Origin: Sulfurimonadaceae bacterium
GTDB lineage: Bacteria; Campylobacterota; Campylobacteria; Campylobacterales; Sulfurimonadaceae
Assembly: GCA_041553795.1 (NCBI GenBank)
Contig: JBFEIF010000001.1
Coordinates: 1-53,077 of the forward strand
Length of the DNA stretch: 53,077 bases
Direction: 5' to 3'
Shown here: positions 18,450-28,545 of the stretch, piece by piece
How the letters are laid out: each line of letters starts with the position of its first letter
Position numbering within the stretch: position 1 is the stretch's first letter
Notes under the pieces: model-generated
Databases searched by the model: none
What the model was told of the DNA's origin: nothing
The model's input: only the letters and a program-made list of their open reading frames with translations
Position numbers and translations under genes: made by a program

Positions 18450-18816
18450 GCTGCGTACTCTCTCTCCATGCTTCCAAAAGACCTTTTACTACGGTGTTTA
18501 CCTGATTGATCTTTTCAACATTATTTTCAAGATTGGCTTCCCCGAGCAGCTGTAGTTGATAGGAATAAAGACCATGAAGGTAATCAGAGACATCTCCTTC
18601 AATATCAAATTTAAGACTGTTTAAAAGTTCTGTGAAAATAGCAGTAGAACGATTGATCCAGTAGGTCCGTTTTTCGATGTCTTCAATAGCTATTGACCTT
18701 TTCGCCTGCATATTAAATCGAAGAATACCTTCATACAGCATCTCAATAAGCTTTTGCGGAGATTCGACACCCACATTGTTTTGAGCATAAGTATTATACG
18801 CTAATGAATTATTCAT
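18436..18816 (-). CDS. fliS: Flagellin-specific chaperone FliS
   Basis: AYNTYAQNNVGVESPQKLIEMLYEGILRF is the typical FliS N-terminus. 126 aa, downstream of fliD. Confidence 0.9.
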   Translation of the reverse strand: MNNSLAYNTYAQNNVGVESPQKLIEMLYEGILRFNMQAKRSIAIEDIEKRTYWINRSTAIFTELLNSLKFDIEGDVSDYLHGLYSYQLQLLGEANLENNVEKINQVNTVVKGLLEAWRESTQLAMD

Positions 18817-18826
18817 TTAAAATCCT

Positions 18827-20191
18827 TTAGTTTTTCGCATTGATAGCAGCCTGAATCTGCAGGTTTAATGAGGAAAACTGCTGTTCAAGATTTCCAATGA
18901 TCCTATCATAAGCAGAAAAACGGAAGAACATGGTCTCATACCGGGAATCAATAAGTTCTTGGGTGCGTGTCTGCTCTTTAGAAAGTGCTTTCAACTCATT
19001 ATCCAGACCATTGCCAAAGGTCGTTAAGAGACCATTTGATTTTGTCTGCTCATCAAGATAATCATCTACTTGTTTAAAGATCCCATCGGTCACATCTCCA
19101 TTACTGCCTGTTTCGTACTTAAATAACTTTTCAACGAAGTCAGGGTCTTTAGCAAATTTTGTGTTAAAGAGCGTTTCATTAAATGTCAGCGTTCCGTCTT
19201 GTTTTAAATCAAACCCGTAGTTGACAATCGAGTTTCCATTCTTATCTGTTTGGAAAAGAAGTTTGTTGATCTCTCGAGCAAGCGTTTTAATACTGTTCTC
19301 ACCGTTAAAGATCCCAACTGTCCCTTCGTCTACATCGGAGGTAGTCGTATTTTTTAATTGAGTGAAAAGCGAATTATAAGCAGTTGTAAAAGCCTTGAGC
19401 TCTGATGCGATCTCTTTCGTGTCTTGAGAAACAGTGGCTGTTGAGCTTGCTCCTTCTTTTAAAAGTGTGATTGAAACACCAACGGTAATGTCATCAATTA
19501 CATTAGACGATCGGGTAAAAGCGATCCCGTTGTATTTAAAGCTTGAGTCTACAGCGTTTTGAACCTCTGTCTCCGCAAAGTTTACACCTGTTTTTAGGTT
19601 TCCTAAATCAGAAAAGGTGATGTTTTGTGCACTGCCTGTCTCATCTGAACTTACAATAAGCCGGAAGTCTCCATTAGCGACATTCATGATCGAAGCAGTG
19701 ACCTTGTTTCCTGCTATGTTGTTAATACTGTTCTTGAACTCTTCGAGTGTTGTTGTTGCTGTCACATCAATAGAAAAGTTTTGACCGTCTATAGACAAGG
19801 TGATAGTATCATTAGCTGTTGCTATGGTGTCAGTGTTACTACTAAAAGTCGACGATTGCTGTATGTCTTTTGTTGCCAATGTGGTCACATCAATGGTAAA
19901 GTTTTGCGGAGCAACACCGTTTTCAGCGGTGACACTGGCTCCATCACCTGACACAGATGTATTTCTCTTGAGATATAAAAGGTCTCCGCCAAGTCTATCG
20001 GTACTTCCACTGAAAGAGGTCATCAAAGAGTTCAATAAGTCATAGGCTTGTGTTTTTTGTTGAGTATTGGCTATCTTGGCTTTAATAGGATCGATCTGCA
20101 GTGCAAGATCATTGTTTTTAAGCTTTTCAATAGTATCAGCGCTTAATGCGCCGCTAGATCCAAGTCCAAGAGAACTGAGTGTACCAGCCAT
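18827..20191 (-). CDS. fliD: Flagellar filament cap protein FliD (HAP2)
   Basis: N-terminal LGLGSSGALSADTIEKLKNND and C-terminal coiled-coil FliD regions. It sits between flaG and fliS. Confidence 0.9.
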   Translation of the reverse strand: MAGTLSSLGLGSSGALSADTIEKLKNNDLALQIDPIKAKIANTQQKTQAYDLLNSLMTSFSGSTDRLGGDLLYLKRNTSVSGDGASVTAENGVAPQNFTIDVTTLATKDIQQSSTFSSNTDTIATANDTITLSIDGQNFSIDVTATTTLEEFKNSINNIAGNKVTASIMNVANGDFRLIVSSDETGSAQNITFSDLGNLKTGVNFAETEVQNAVDSSFKYNGIAFTRSSNVIDDITVGVSITLLKEGASSTATVSQDTKEIASELKAFTTAYNSLFTQLKNTTTSDVDEGTVGIFNGENSIKTLAREINKLLFQTDKNGNSIVNYGFDLKQDGTLTFNETLFNTKFAKDPDFVEKLFKYETGSNGDVTDGIFKQVDDYLDEQTKSNGLLTTFGNGLDNELKALSKEQTRTQELIDSRYETMFFRFSAYDRIIGNLEQQFSSLNLQIQAAINAKN

Positions 20192-20194
20192 TTT

Positions 20195-20569
20195 TTATCC
20201 TTTTTCGTCGAAGATTATTCCGACTATTTCATTCATCTTGCCAAGAAGACTCTGTGCCTTTTCTGCAGGAAATCGGCGTATAGTATCATTGGTGTTAGCG
20301 TCAATAACAGAGACAAAGAAGACCTCGTTACTATTATCAAACCCAAAACGTATTGAAGTGTTAAAAGGGTCCAGTGCTTTATTTAGCGTGTCTATTAGAT
20401 CTTTTAGTTCGACTTCAGATGTGATGGGATGCTCGCTGTTTACTCTTTCTTGACCTGTTTCTATTTGAGTCTTTACATTCTCAATCGAAAGCGGTCTTGC
20501 CTCCGCAGCTTTTTGCTCTGTATGGACTTGGGTGTTTTGTTGTCTTGCAATATTGTTAAACAGTTCCAT
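20195..20569 (-). CDS. flaG: FlaG family flagellar protein
   Basis: The C-terminal IRFGFDNSNEVFFVSVIDANTNDTIRRFP is typical of the FlaG fold. It is the first gene of the flaG-fliD-fliS block. Confidence 0.85.
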   Translation of the reverse strand: MELFNNIARQQNTQVHTEQKAAEARPLSIENVKTQIETGQERVNSEHPITSEVELKDLIDTLNKALDPFNTSIRFGFDNSNEVFFVSVIDANTNDTIRRFPAEKAQSLLGKMNEIVGIIFDEKG

Positions 20570-20603
20570 GTCTCAAGCCTTTAAATAGAGTTATATCTCA
20601 ATT

Positions 20604-20630
20604 ATATCGGCAAAATAAAAATATTTTTTA
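20604..20630 (-). promoter_or_regulatory. Sigma-28 (FliA)-type promoter upstream of flaG
   Basis: The minus strand reads TAAA-N15-GCCGATAT. The -10 element ends 34 nt upstream of the flaG ATG. Confidence 0.55.
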
Positions 20631-20684
20631 GTCCTTACATCTCTTCTCTGTATATTTTTGCAATCAAAGCATTAACCGTACCAT

Positions 20685-21923
20685 TTGTATAAGTACATTA
20701 TGGGTACAATAAGACTAAAAAGTGATACTGTGAAACACTATATCAAGTTATTAAAGAACGAAATCGTCTTGCGTCGTTTGAGTCAGATTCAGCTTGTCTC
20801 ATATTTTGGTACATGGTTTTCAAATGTCGCCATATACACACTCCTGGTCCAACTTGATGCTTCTGCTTTTATTATTGCCTTGGTGGCATCATTTCATTTT
20901 CTTCCGGGCGTTTTACAGGCACCGATATCAGGTGTCTTTATTGATAAGTTCCCGCCTAAAAAGCTTATGCTTGTTTTATTGATATTACAGGTCGTCAGTA
21001 CCTTTTTACTTTTATTTGTCACATCCCAAGAATGGCTGTGGCTGTTATTTAGTCTGATATTTATTCGCATGGGTGCTTCAAGTTTTTATTTTACGATTGA
21101 GATGTCATTATTGCCTAAGATATTGGAGGGAAAAGACCTGCAATATGCTAATGAGATACACTCTGTCATTTGGTCATTTTCGTACACACTCGGTATGGCA
21201 ATTAGCGGTTTTGTTGTCTATAAACTGGGTGTGAATATTGCATTTATTATTGACGGACTCTTGTTCTTGATCGCTTTTATGATGCTATTGGGCCTGGATT
21301 TTGATATTGTGTTTGAAAAAACCAAAGAGAGCTTTTTTGAGACTTTTAGCGAGGGTCTAAACTATCTGAAAGAGAATAAAAAGATTCTGCATCTCATTTT
21401 GCTGCATGCTTCAGTAGGATTGACTGTCTTTGATGCTCTCGTCACGCTGATGGCAAAAGAGTATTATGCCTCTTTGCTTGCCATTCCTTTGGCCTTAGGG
21501 ATCATGCATGCAACTCGTGCGGCTGCTCTGGTCATGGGCCCCATTATCTTGGGAAAATGGATGCAAAACTCCCGTCTCTCCTATCTTTTTTTATTTCAAG
21601 GCTCGGGTATTATCGTCTGGTCATTGGTCATTGAGAACTTTTATCTCTCCTTATTAGGCTCTTTTATTGCCGGTTTCTCCACAACAACGCTTTGGTCTTA
21701 TACTTATACCCTGATCCAAAAACAAACGGATAAAAAGTATTACGGAAGAGTAATTGCCTATAATGATATGATATTTCTTTTAACAGGTGCATCCAGTTCG
21801 TTTGTTGTGGGGCTTCTCCTTGAGGCGCATTGGAGTATTGCTTCAGTTCTGGGAAGTCTTGGCATCGCCTTTTTATTGTGTGCTGTCTATTTTATCTGGA
21901 TACAAAGGAGATACAATGTTTAG
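20685..21923 (+). CDS. MFS transporter
   Basis: About 12 hydrophobic segments in 412 aa. The start is uncertain: TTG at 20685 or ATG at 20700. Confidence 0.85.
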   Translation: MYKYIMGTIRLKSDTVKHYIKLLKNEIVLRRLSQIQLVSYFGTWFSNVAIYTLLVQLDASAFIIALVASFHFLPGVLQAPISGVFIDKFPPKKLMLVLLILQVVSTFLLLFVTSQEWLWLLFSLIFIRMGASSFYFTIEMSLLPKILEGKDLQYANEIHSVIWSFSYTLGMAISGFVVYKLGVNIAFIIDGLLFLIAFMMLLGLDFDIVFEKTKESFFETFSEGLNYLKENKKILHLILLHASVGLTVFDALVTLMAKEYYASLLAIPLALGIMHATRAAALVMGPIILGKWMQNSRLSYLFLFQGSGIIVWSLVIENFYLSLLGSFIAGFSTTTLWSYTYTLIQKQTDKKYYGRVIAYNDMIFLLTGASSSFVVGLLLEAHWSIASVLGSLGIAFLLCAVYFIWIQRRYNV

Positions 21924-22170
21924 TCTGGCTATCTTGGGCGGTGTCTTGCTGAATATAGGTGCCTTTTTAATGTTCCGCGGATTGGCCTTTCAAGCGATCA
22001 TCGTCTATCTTTTTGCAGATATATGCTGGGTAATCATGGCCTTGCAAAAGGATGACTATCTGGGTGCACTCTTTATTGCAAGCGGGATGCTTTTGGGGTT
22101 TTTGGCTTATTGGAAGATGCGCTCGGGAAAGATGCATAAGAGTCTGAACAAACAAGAAAAGAAGAGATAG
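21916..22170 (+). CDS. Small three-TM membrane protein
   Basis: ATG at 21916 follows an AAGGAG RBS (21905-21910) and overlaps the MFS stop by 8 nt. 84 aa with a basic tail. The longer ORF from 21787 lies inside the MFS gene and is unlikely. Confidence 0.5.
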   Translation: MFSLAILGGVLLNIGAFLMFRGLAFQAIIVYLFADICWVIMALQKDDYLGALFIASGMLLGFLAYWKMRSGKMHKSLNKQEKKR

Positions 22171-22254
22171 AAGCTCGCGTCATAGCGAAAAATCACTTCT
22201 GTACAGGTTGTTGTATTATAATGATTAAATTATAACGGAGAATAGGGAGGGGCT

Positions 22255-23466
22255 ATGGGTAAGACGAGATTATCACGTGACGTCGGTCTCATTTTGTTGC
22301 TTTTTTATGGCCTGGGTAATATACTGGGTGCCGGTATCTATGTCCTTGTGGGTAAAGTCGCCGGAATAGCAGGCTACTTCAGTGTATTGGCTTTTTTACT
22401 TGCCTGTATAATAGCCGTGTTCACAGCATTAAGCTATATGGAGCTTTCTTCACGCTATCCCGTCAGTGCCGGTGCAGCAGTCTATATACAAGAAGGCCTT
22501 GGTTATCAAACACTTTCTGTCACTTTTGGCCTTTTAATAGGTACAGCGGCATTGATCTCTGCCGCAGCTATCTCCCATGGTTTCGCAGGCTACCTTGATC
22601 ACTTCATAGAGATAGATCAGGATATCTCGGCACTTCTGTTGATCTCAATCCTTGTAGCAATTGCTATTGTCAGCATTAAACTGAGTGTGGTCTTTGCGTC
22701 ATTGTTGACTGTTTTGGAGATCGGTGGCCTGTTGATCATCATCTACTACGGCTTTGACAAGATCATCAGTCCTCAAACAAGCTTCACTGCGTTTATCCCG
22801 GAATTTCGGTTTTCTGATCTCTCCCTTGTCGTGCTGGGGGCTTTTTTGGCATTTTATGCGTTTTTGGGATTTGAGGATATGGTCAATATTGCCGAAGAGG
22901 TAAAAGATCCGAGCAGGACATATCCTTTGGCGATCATATTGGCATTAGGGATATCGACACTGCTGTATATACTGATAGTGCTTATCGCTTTGGAATCCTT
23001 AAGCCAGAGTGAGTTGCAGGAGTCTACGGCTCCTTTTGCGGATATATACCAAAGACTTACGGGTGAACCTCCTGTACTTATATCGATAATCGGAACCTTT
23101 GCGGTTATCAACGGTGCCTTGATACAGATCATAATGGCTTCTCGCATACTCTATGGCATGGCTGCTAAGGGCTGGCTGCCTTCTGTCTTTTCCCAGGTCT
23201 ATGTTAGAACGAAAACACCTGTGAATGCAACCCTCTTTGTTGGGCTGGTGACGATGCTCTTTTCTTTGTCATTTGATATTGTAGCATTGGCCTCCTATAC
23301 CAGTACCCTTATCCTGATCGTCTTTACTCTGGTCAACCTTTCGCTGATACGCATTAAATCATCAGTTCCGTCACCTGAAGGTGTGATACGGATCCCTTCA
23401 TGGGTACCTTGGATCGGAATGGGATTGAACCTTCTTTTACTTGGGATGAAACTTATTCTAGATTGA
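22255..23466 (+). CDS. APC-superfamily amino acid permease
   Basis: 403 aa, about 11-12 TMs, with the N-terminal GLGNILGAGIYVLVG motif typical of amino acid/polyamine permeases. Confidence 0.85.
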   Translation: MGKTRLSRDVGLILLLFYGLGNILGAGIYVLVGKVAGIAGYFSVLAFLLACIIAVFTALSYMELSSRYPVSAGAAVYIQEGLGYQTLSVTFGLLIGTAALISAAAISHGFAGYLDHFIEIDQDISALLLISILVAIAIVSIKLSVVFASLLTVLEIGGLLIIIYYGFDKIISPQTSFTAFIPEFRFSDLSLVVLGAFLAFYAFLGFEDMVNIAEEVKDPSRTYPLAIILALGISTLLYILIVLIALESLSQSELQESTAPFADIYQRLTGEPPVLISIIGTFAVINGALIQIIMASRILYGMAAKGWLPSVFSQVYVRTKTPVNATLFVGLVTMLFSLSFDIVALASYTSTLILIVFTLVNLSLIRIKSSVPSPEGVIRIPSWVPWIGMGLNLLLLGMKLILD

Positions 23467-23476
23467 GAAAGGAGAT

Positions 23477-24100
23477 ATGATGAATAATTCGCAATTGGTC
23501 AAGTCGCTTATACAGTGCGGAGTCTTGAAGACTCCTCGGATAATCGAGGCCTTTGAAAGCGTTGACCGGATAGACTTTGTACTTAAAGAACTTGATTATA
23601 TGGCATATGAAGATCGTCCTTTGCCTATAGGAGAAGGACAGACAATCTCACAGCCCTATACAGTCGCCTTTATGCTCGAGCTGTTGCAGGTCAATCTTTC
23701 GGACAGGGTCCTGGACGTCGGTTCTGGATCGGGATGGACAAGCGCTTTATTGGCATGTATGGGAAAAGAGGTGGATGCGGTTGAAAGGATTGAAGAACTG
23801 GTCGTCTTTTCGAAAAAGAACCTGGCCAAGTATGATTTTAAAAACATACGGATACATCAGGCAAAACAGACCTTGGGGCTGCAGGGTGAATACTTTGACA
23901 AGATCCTGGTCTCCTGCGCGGCAGACGAATTACCGGAGTCCCTATTGAGACAGCTCTCACCGGGAGGAACGATGGTGATACCTATAGTCAACAGTATTCT
24001 AAAGGTCGTAAAAGACGCGCAAGGGCATATACGGGCCAAAGAGTATCCGGGGTTTGTCTTTGTTCCTTTAATACGAGATGATCTATTTGATGAGTTTTGA
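23477..24100 (+). CDS. pcm: Protein-L-isoaspartate O-methyltransferase
   Basis: QTISQPYTVAFMLE and the SAM-binding motif LDVGSGSGW. Confidence 0.9.
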   Translation: MMNNSQLVKSLIQCGVLKTPRIIEAFESVDRIDFVLKELDYMAYEDRPLPIGEGQTISQPYTVAFMLELLQVNLSDRVLDVGSGSGWTSALLACMGKEVDAVERIEELVVFSKKNLAKYDFKNIRIHQAKQTLGLQGEYFDKILVSCAADELPESLLRQLSPGGTMVIPIVNSILKVVKDAQGHIRAKEYPGFVFVPLIRDDLFDEF

Positions 24101-24147
24101 ATGCTGCCAAAGAAGAGGATACTGTTTAAATCCGCTATAATGCCGTC

Positions 24148-24423
24148 ATGATTTATACCTATAAAAATGAAACCTATGATTTGACAAAAGTTACCCGGCT
24201 GTATCCTGCAGCAACTGTCGAAGTCCCCGGAGGCGACAGTGCGCAAGTCTCGCTTGAGTGGGCTGATCTAAAGAAAGACAAGATAAGCATCGCATATTTT
24301 GTACTGGTATTTGATTTTGATCCCGTGGGCGAAGTCCCGGTGAACCGAAAAGAGTTGAAGTGTGAGACGAAAGAAGAACTTTTTGCGGTGATGCAAGAGG
24401 TCAACGTCTATTTTGCAAAATAA
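24148..24423 (+). CDS. Hypothetical protein
   Basis: 91-aa ORF with no recognisable motif. It fits the intergenic space between pcm and the MATE gene. Confidence 0.45.
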   Translation: MIYTYKNETYDLTKVTRLYPAATVEVPGGDSAQVSLEWADLKKDKISIAYFVLVFDFDPVGEVPVNRKELKCETKEELFAVMQEVNVYFAK

Positions 24424-24463
24424 GCGAAAGCGGTCACAAGGCGATATTTCTTCAGAAAATGAG

Positions 24464-25810
24464 ATGCAGTGTTTAAAAAGCACTGTCTCTTTAAAAACTC
24501 AAAGCTCTCTTTCCAAGATACTTTCCATATCTATTCCGGCAGCCTTTAAACATCTGCTTGATATGCTGCAGGTCCTGATAGACCTTATCATGGTCGGATC
24601 CTTAGGTGTGGCAGCTTTGGCGGCTATTGGTCTTGGCATGCAGTTTATCATGGTCTTGAATGTCGTTATGACACTCTATGTCGTAGGCGGAAATGCCGTC
24701 ATCTCGCGGCATATCGGTTCAGGCCGTTTTCACAGAGCGAATATCGCCTTTTTTAACCTTCTTCTTTTGGCCTTGCTGCTTTCTTTTTTTTCTTTGCTGA
24801 TAGGCTATTTTTGGGCAGAGCAGTTTTACATCTGGATGGGAACAGGTGATGAGGTCGCGGGGCTCGGAGCCATCTATTTTGGAACGCTTTCTTTGGGCAT
24901 GCCGCTGATATTCCTGGACGCGCTTTTCTTCAACGCCCTCAGTGCAGCAGGAAAGACGCAGGCCTCTTTGTATATCAAGATCGCCTCAGCACTTTTAAAC
25001 GTCCTTCTGAACTACATCTTGATATTCGGACATTTCGGTTTTGAAGCCATGGGCATTGAAGGTGCCGCGATTGCGACTATCATCTCCTACGGATTTAATG
25101 TATTGGTCTATTTTTGCATGGTCAGTACAGAGAGCTCAGTCTTGAAGTTCTATGCCTATTATTCACTTTCAAGTATGAAAAAGATATTCAAGATAGGCAT
25201 GCCTGCAAGTGTCGAACGTTTTATCTCCGTAGCCTCTTTTATGGTCTTCGTCATGGTGATTACGAAGTTCGGTACGGAAGCTTTGGCCGGTTATCAGGTC
25301 GGATTGCGCATCGAAGGGCTTGCTTTTATGCCGGGATTTGGTTTTTCTATTGCCGCGATGGCTTTGGTCGGGCAGAGCTTGGGTGCCAAAAATGCGCAGC
25401 TTGCAGAACATGAAGCCCTGACAGTAACAAAGATCGCAGCAGGATTTATGGGGTTTGTGGGGCTTTTTCTTGTCTTTATACCGGAGTTCTTTTGCCAGTT
25501 CTTTACCCATGATGCCAAGACGATTGAGCTGGCTTCTGTCTATCTAAGGTTGGTCGGCCTTTCACAGGTCCCCTTGGCAGTCGTCTTTGTCTTGAGCGGG
25601 GCTTTGCGCGGAGCAGGGGCGACACGGACAACCTTAAAGATCAATGTTGGTTCGCTTCTTTTTTTGCGTCTGCTTCCGTCGATCTATGTCAGTACTTTGA
25701 CGAATGATATCTTTTGGATCTATATCGTTATGATCACGGAGACATTTATCAAAGGCGGACTCTTTTGGTACGTCTTTGATAAAGGGAGATGGAAAAGTAT
25801 TAAACTCTAA
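24464..25810 (+). CDS. MATE family efflux transporter
   Basis: 12-TM protein with the typical N-terminal ILSISIPAAFKHLLDML...GSLG segment. I prefer the ATG at 24464 over the TTG at 24413, which overlaps the upstream ORF. Confidence 0.85.
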   Translation: MQCLKSTVSLKTQSSLSKILSISIPAAFKHLLDMLQVLIDLIMVGSLGVAALAAIGLGMQFIMVLNVVMTLYVVGGNAVISRHIGSGRFHRANIAFFNLLLLALLLSFFSLLIGYFWAEQFYIWMGTGDEVAGLGAIYFGTLSLGMPLIFLDALFFNALSAAGKTQASLYIKIASALLNVLLNYILIFGHFGFEAMGIEGAAIATIISYGFNVLVYFCMVSTESSVLKFYAYYSLSSMKKIFKIGMPASVERFISVASFMVFVMVITKFGTEALAGYQVGLRIEGLAFMPGFGFSIAAMALVGQSLGAKNAQLAEHEALTVTKIAAGFMGFVGLFLVFIPEFFCQFFTHDAKTIELASVYLRLVGLSQVPLAVVFVLSGALRGAGATRTTLKINVGSLLFLRLLPSIYVSTLTNDIFWIYIVMITETFIKGGLFWYVFDKGRWKSIKL

Positions 25811-27075
25811 CGATGGGCAATGAGCTGAAGAGGGTTGATATGATAGTTTTTCTGAGTGACTTCGAACATCAGTTCATTGTTGACACGTCCGATAATAGAA
25901 CCGCGCTTAAGACGTTTTCCTTTTTCAATGGTCGGTGCGATCATATCCAGATGGGCATAGATAGTGTGCATTCCGTTGTCGTGTTCGATGATGACGATAT
26001 TGTCAAGCAGCGAAGTCTTTTTTGCCAGGATGACCTTGCCGTTAAGAACGCTCTTGACCTTTGCATTGGTCGTAGAAGGCTTCATAGAGATTGACTCGTT
26101 AAATATCTTGATATGATAGATCGGGTCTTCATAAGGGCCGAACTCTTTAAGGATCGTAAACTCGTCAAGAGGCGAGATCGTCTTTTGGCCGTTATATCTT
26201 TTTGTCTGAACGGACTGGTACTCATCTGTCTTTGAGATGATGTCTGGCAGGTCCTTATTAGCGATGACGACATTGCTATTCTGCTTCTGCTGTGCTTGCC
26301 GCTCTTTTTCAAGTCTGGCAAGACGTTTAGCCTCTTTTTCTTTGGCAAGACGTTTAGCCTTCTCGTCTTCTTTGATGATATTCAGCTTTGAGAGTTCGTC
26401 TTTAAGACTGTGCTGCTGCTTTAAAAGTTTTTTTACGGATACCCGGTAGTTGCTTTTTTGGGCCTTTAGCTCTTTGAGACTGTTCTTCTCTTTTTGAGTG
26501 ACAGTGATGACTTCTTTACGTTTTTTATCGATCTCATCGATCGCTTTCTTTAGTGTCTCTATCTTGGCCTGGATATCTTTGATCTTATGGGTATTGGAAG
26601 AAAAGTTTCCTTGCAGGACGGAGATGTTTTGCTGGGTTATCTGATTGAGCGACTCAAAGACTTCTTCTGTGATCAAGCCTTCATCGTTCTTGGCTTTTTC
26701 ATCATCAAGGATGAGTGACAAAGAGACGTTCTTTGCCAGCATAAAAGCAAGGTCCTGGCGTAATTTTTCCTGGTTTTCCTGAAGGGAGTTCTGTGAGCTT
26801 TTTAAGACAGCCAGCTCTTGAGAGTTTTCCTGATATTTCTGCTCTTTCAGACTGAGTTCAAGTTGAAGCTCTTGCAGTTTTTTTTGCTGTTCAAGTATAT
26901 AGCTCTCTTTTTGAATGATCTCTTTTGCCGTTGAAGCCAAGTCTTTATGGACCTTAGAATACTTCTTGTCAAACTTTTTCAATCTGTCATGGGTACTTTT
27001 GATCTTTGAATCGATACTTGCAGCTGCATAGGTATCTAAAGAAAGGATGAAGAGAAGCAGAAGAAGCAGTCGCAT
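25807..27075 (-). CDS. M23 peptidase with a long coiled coil (EnvC-like murein hydrolase activator)
   Basis: Signal peptide, about 280 aa of heptad-rich K/E/Q coiled coil, and a C-terminal LytM/M23 domain (HTIYAHLD...GSIIG). It lies directly downstream of ftsE and ftsX. Confidence 0.8.
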   Translation of the reverse strand: MRLLLLLLFILSLDTYAAASIDSKIKSTHDRLKKFDKKYSKVHKDLASTAKEIIQKESYILEQQKKLQELQLELSLKEQKYQENSQELAVLKSSQNSLQENQEKLRQDLAFMLAKNVSLSLILDDEKAKNDEGLITEEVFESLNQITQQNISVLQGNFSSNTHKIKDIQAKIETLKKAIDEIDKKRKEVITVTQKEKNSLKELKAQKSNYRVSVKKLLKQQHSLKDELSKLNIIKEDEKAKRLAKEKEAKRLARLEKERQAQQKQNSNVVIANKDLPDIISKTDEYQSVQTKRYNGQKTISPLDEFTILKEFGPYEDPIYHIKIFNESISMKPSTTNAKVKSVLNGKVILAKKTSLLDNIVIIEHDNGMHTIYAHLDMIAPTIEKGKRLKRGSIIGRVNNELMFEVTQKNYHINPLQLIAHR

Positions 27076-27905
27076 CAGACCTCTTCTTTATGGTTGATGA
27101 TCAGCATGGTCGCCAGGATGATGGAAAGGCTCAAGGCTATGGAAAAATGCATCATACCATCTTTGGCGTAATTAAAAATACTGATATGGATATTGATCTC
27201 ATCAAAGTAGGGTGCTATCCAGCCGCTTTTGTCAATGAAACTGAAGACGACGAAGATCAGCAAGGCTGCGATTATCGCATCCAGGATGGCCAGTCTGAAC
27301 AAAACGGCTGAACGCAGCATGATAGGTGCACCGAAAAGCGCCATGATGTTCATACGTTCTTCATGTTGAAACTGCCAGATACGCATCTCTTTTGCGATCA
27401 GAAGCAGGGTGACGATAAAAATAGCAAAAGCGAATATCTGCGTCACACCTTTATACAAAAGCAGCAGCTTGTAGATCTGGTCATGGGTCTGAGAAAAGCT
27501 TTCAACCCTTTTGATCTGTTTCATGTTTTGAAGCTGCGAACTTAATATATCGACTTCTTCCGGCTGAGGATAGTGCTCAAGTGAGAGTTTGTAAAACTTC
27601 GGCAGAGAAGCGCGTAAAAGACCCAGACTCGTTTTGTCCATCTCGTTTTCCAGACGTTTTATGACCTTTTCCGGACTGATCTCTTCGAGAGAACGGACCA
27701 GTGAAAAGCGAGATTTTATCGCTGATTCTTCAAGATCAGTCGTCGCGATGATAACGATAGAATAGTTTGCGCGAAGCGTCTCTTCATAAGAGGAGATAGA
27801 GCGCTCCAGTACCTTGTAGACCTGAACGGTGAACAAGATAGTGAAAAGTGCGGCGATTAGAGAAAAATGGTTCTTAAGAGACTTCATAAATACTTCCATG
27901 TTCAA
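27075..27905 (-). CDS. ftsX: FtsX-like cell-division ABC permease
   Basis: Four TMs with a periplasmic loop after TM1. It overlaps ftsE. The true start may be MKSLKN at 27887. Confidence 0.75.
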   Translation of the reverse strand: MNMEVFMKSLKNHFSLIAALFTILFTVQVYKVLERSISSYEETLRANYSIVIIATTDLEESAIKSRFSLVRSLEEISPEKVIKRLENEMDKTSLGLLRASLPKFYKLSLEHYPQPEEVDILSSQLQNMKQIKRVESFSQTHDQIYKLLLLYKGVTQIFAFAIFIVTLLLIAKEMRIWQFQHEERMNIMALFGAPIMLRSAVLFRLAILDAIIAALLIFVVFSFIDKSGWIAPYFDEINIHISIFNYAKDGMMHFSIALSLSIILATMLIINHKEEV

Positions 27906-28545
27906 TATGTAGATGAGTATAGTCGATCTTCATCGTCTCGGGAATATGGTGTGTGACAACGACGACAGTCGTGTTCAACTGCGTACAGGCACCTTCTAAA
28001 AGATTCCATATGACCTGAGCCGAATAGTCATCAAGATTACCCGTAGGTTCATCTGCCAGGATGATGATCGGGTTGTGGGCCAAAGCTCTTGCCATAGCGA
28101 CACGCTGCTGCTCTCCACCGCTGAGCTCCAAAGGATATTTTCCAAGTTGATGATTAAGCTTGACATGGGTCAGCAACTTCTGTACCTGAATCTCACTGAC
28201 GTCTTTCGCATACCCTGAGATAATCAGAGGAAGCATAACGTTTTTTTCAATCGTCCACTCTTTGATGAGTTTATAGTCCTGAAAGACGATCCCGATATGA
28301 CGGCGCAGAAAATTAAGCTTTTTATTGTTGATATCTTTCATCTGGACACCACCGACAAGCAGGTCTCCCTGTTTTGGGGCAAGGGCTCCATAAAGCGACT
28401 TTAAGAGTGTTGACTTGCCGCTACCGCTGGCTCCTGTAATAAATACGAAGTCCCCGGAGTTTATATTAAAACTGCATTGGTTGATAATGGTCTCATTGTT
28501 ATTGTACGACAGGGTAAGATCGTTGGCGATGATGACTTTATCCAT
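27874..28545 (-). CDS. ftsE: Cell-division ABC ATP-binding protein FtsE
   Basis: Walker [10 protein letters not shown], signature LSGGEQQR, Walker B ILADEPT. Confidence 0.85.
   Translation of the reverse strand: MDKVIIANDLTLSYNNNETIINQCSFNINSGDFVFITGASGSGKSTLLKSLYGALAPKQGDLLVGGVQMKDINNKKLNFLRRHIGIVFQDYKLIKEWTIEKNVMLPLIISGYAKDVSEIQVQKLLTHVKLNHQLGKYPLELSGGEQQRVAMARALAHNPIIILADEPTGNLDDYSAQVIWNLLEGACTQLNTTVVVVTHHIPETMKIDYTHLHIEHGSIYEVS

Noticed and set aside
26290-26345. Imperfect 27-bp tandem duplication (GGCAAGACGTTTAGCC...) in the M23 peptidase gene
   Set aside because: It encodes a repeated AKRLAxxKE heptad segment within the coiled coil. This is ordinary coiled-coil expansion, not a regulatory repeat or CRISPR-like array.
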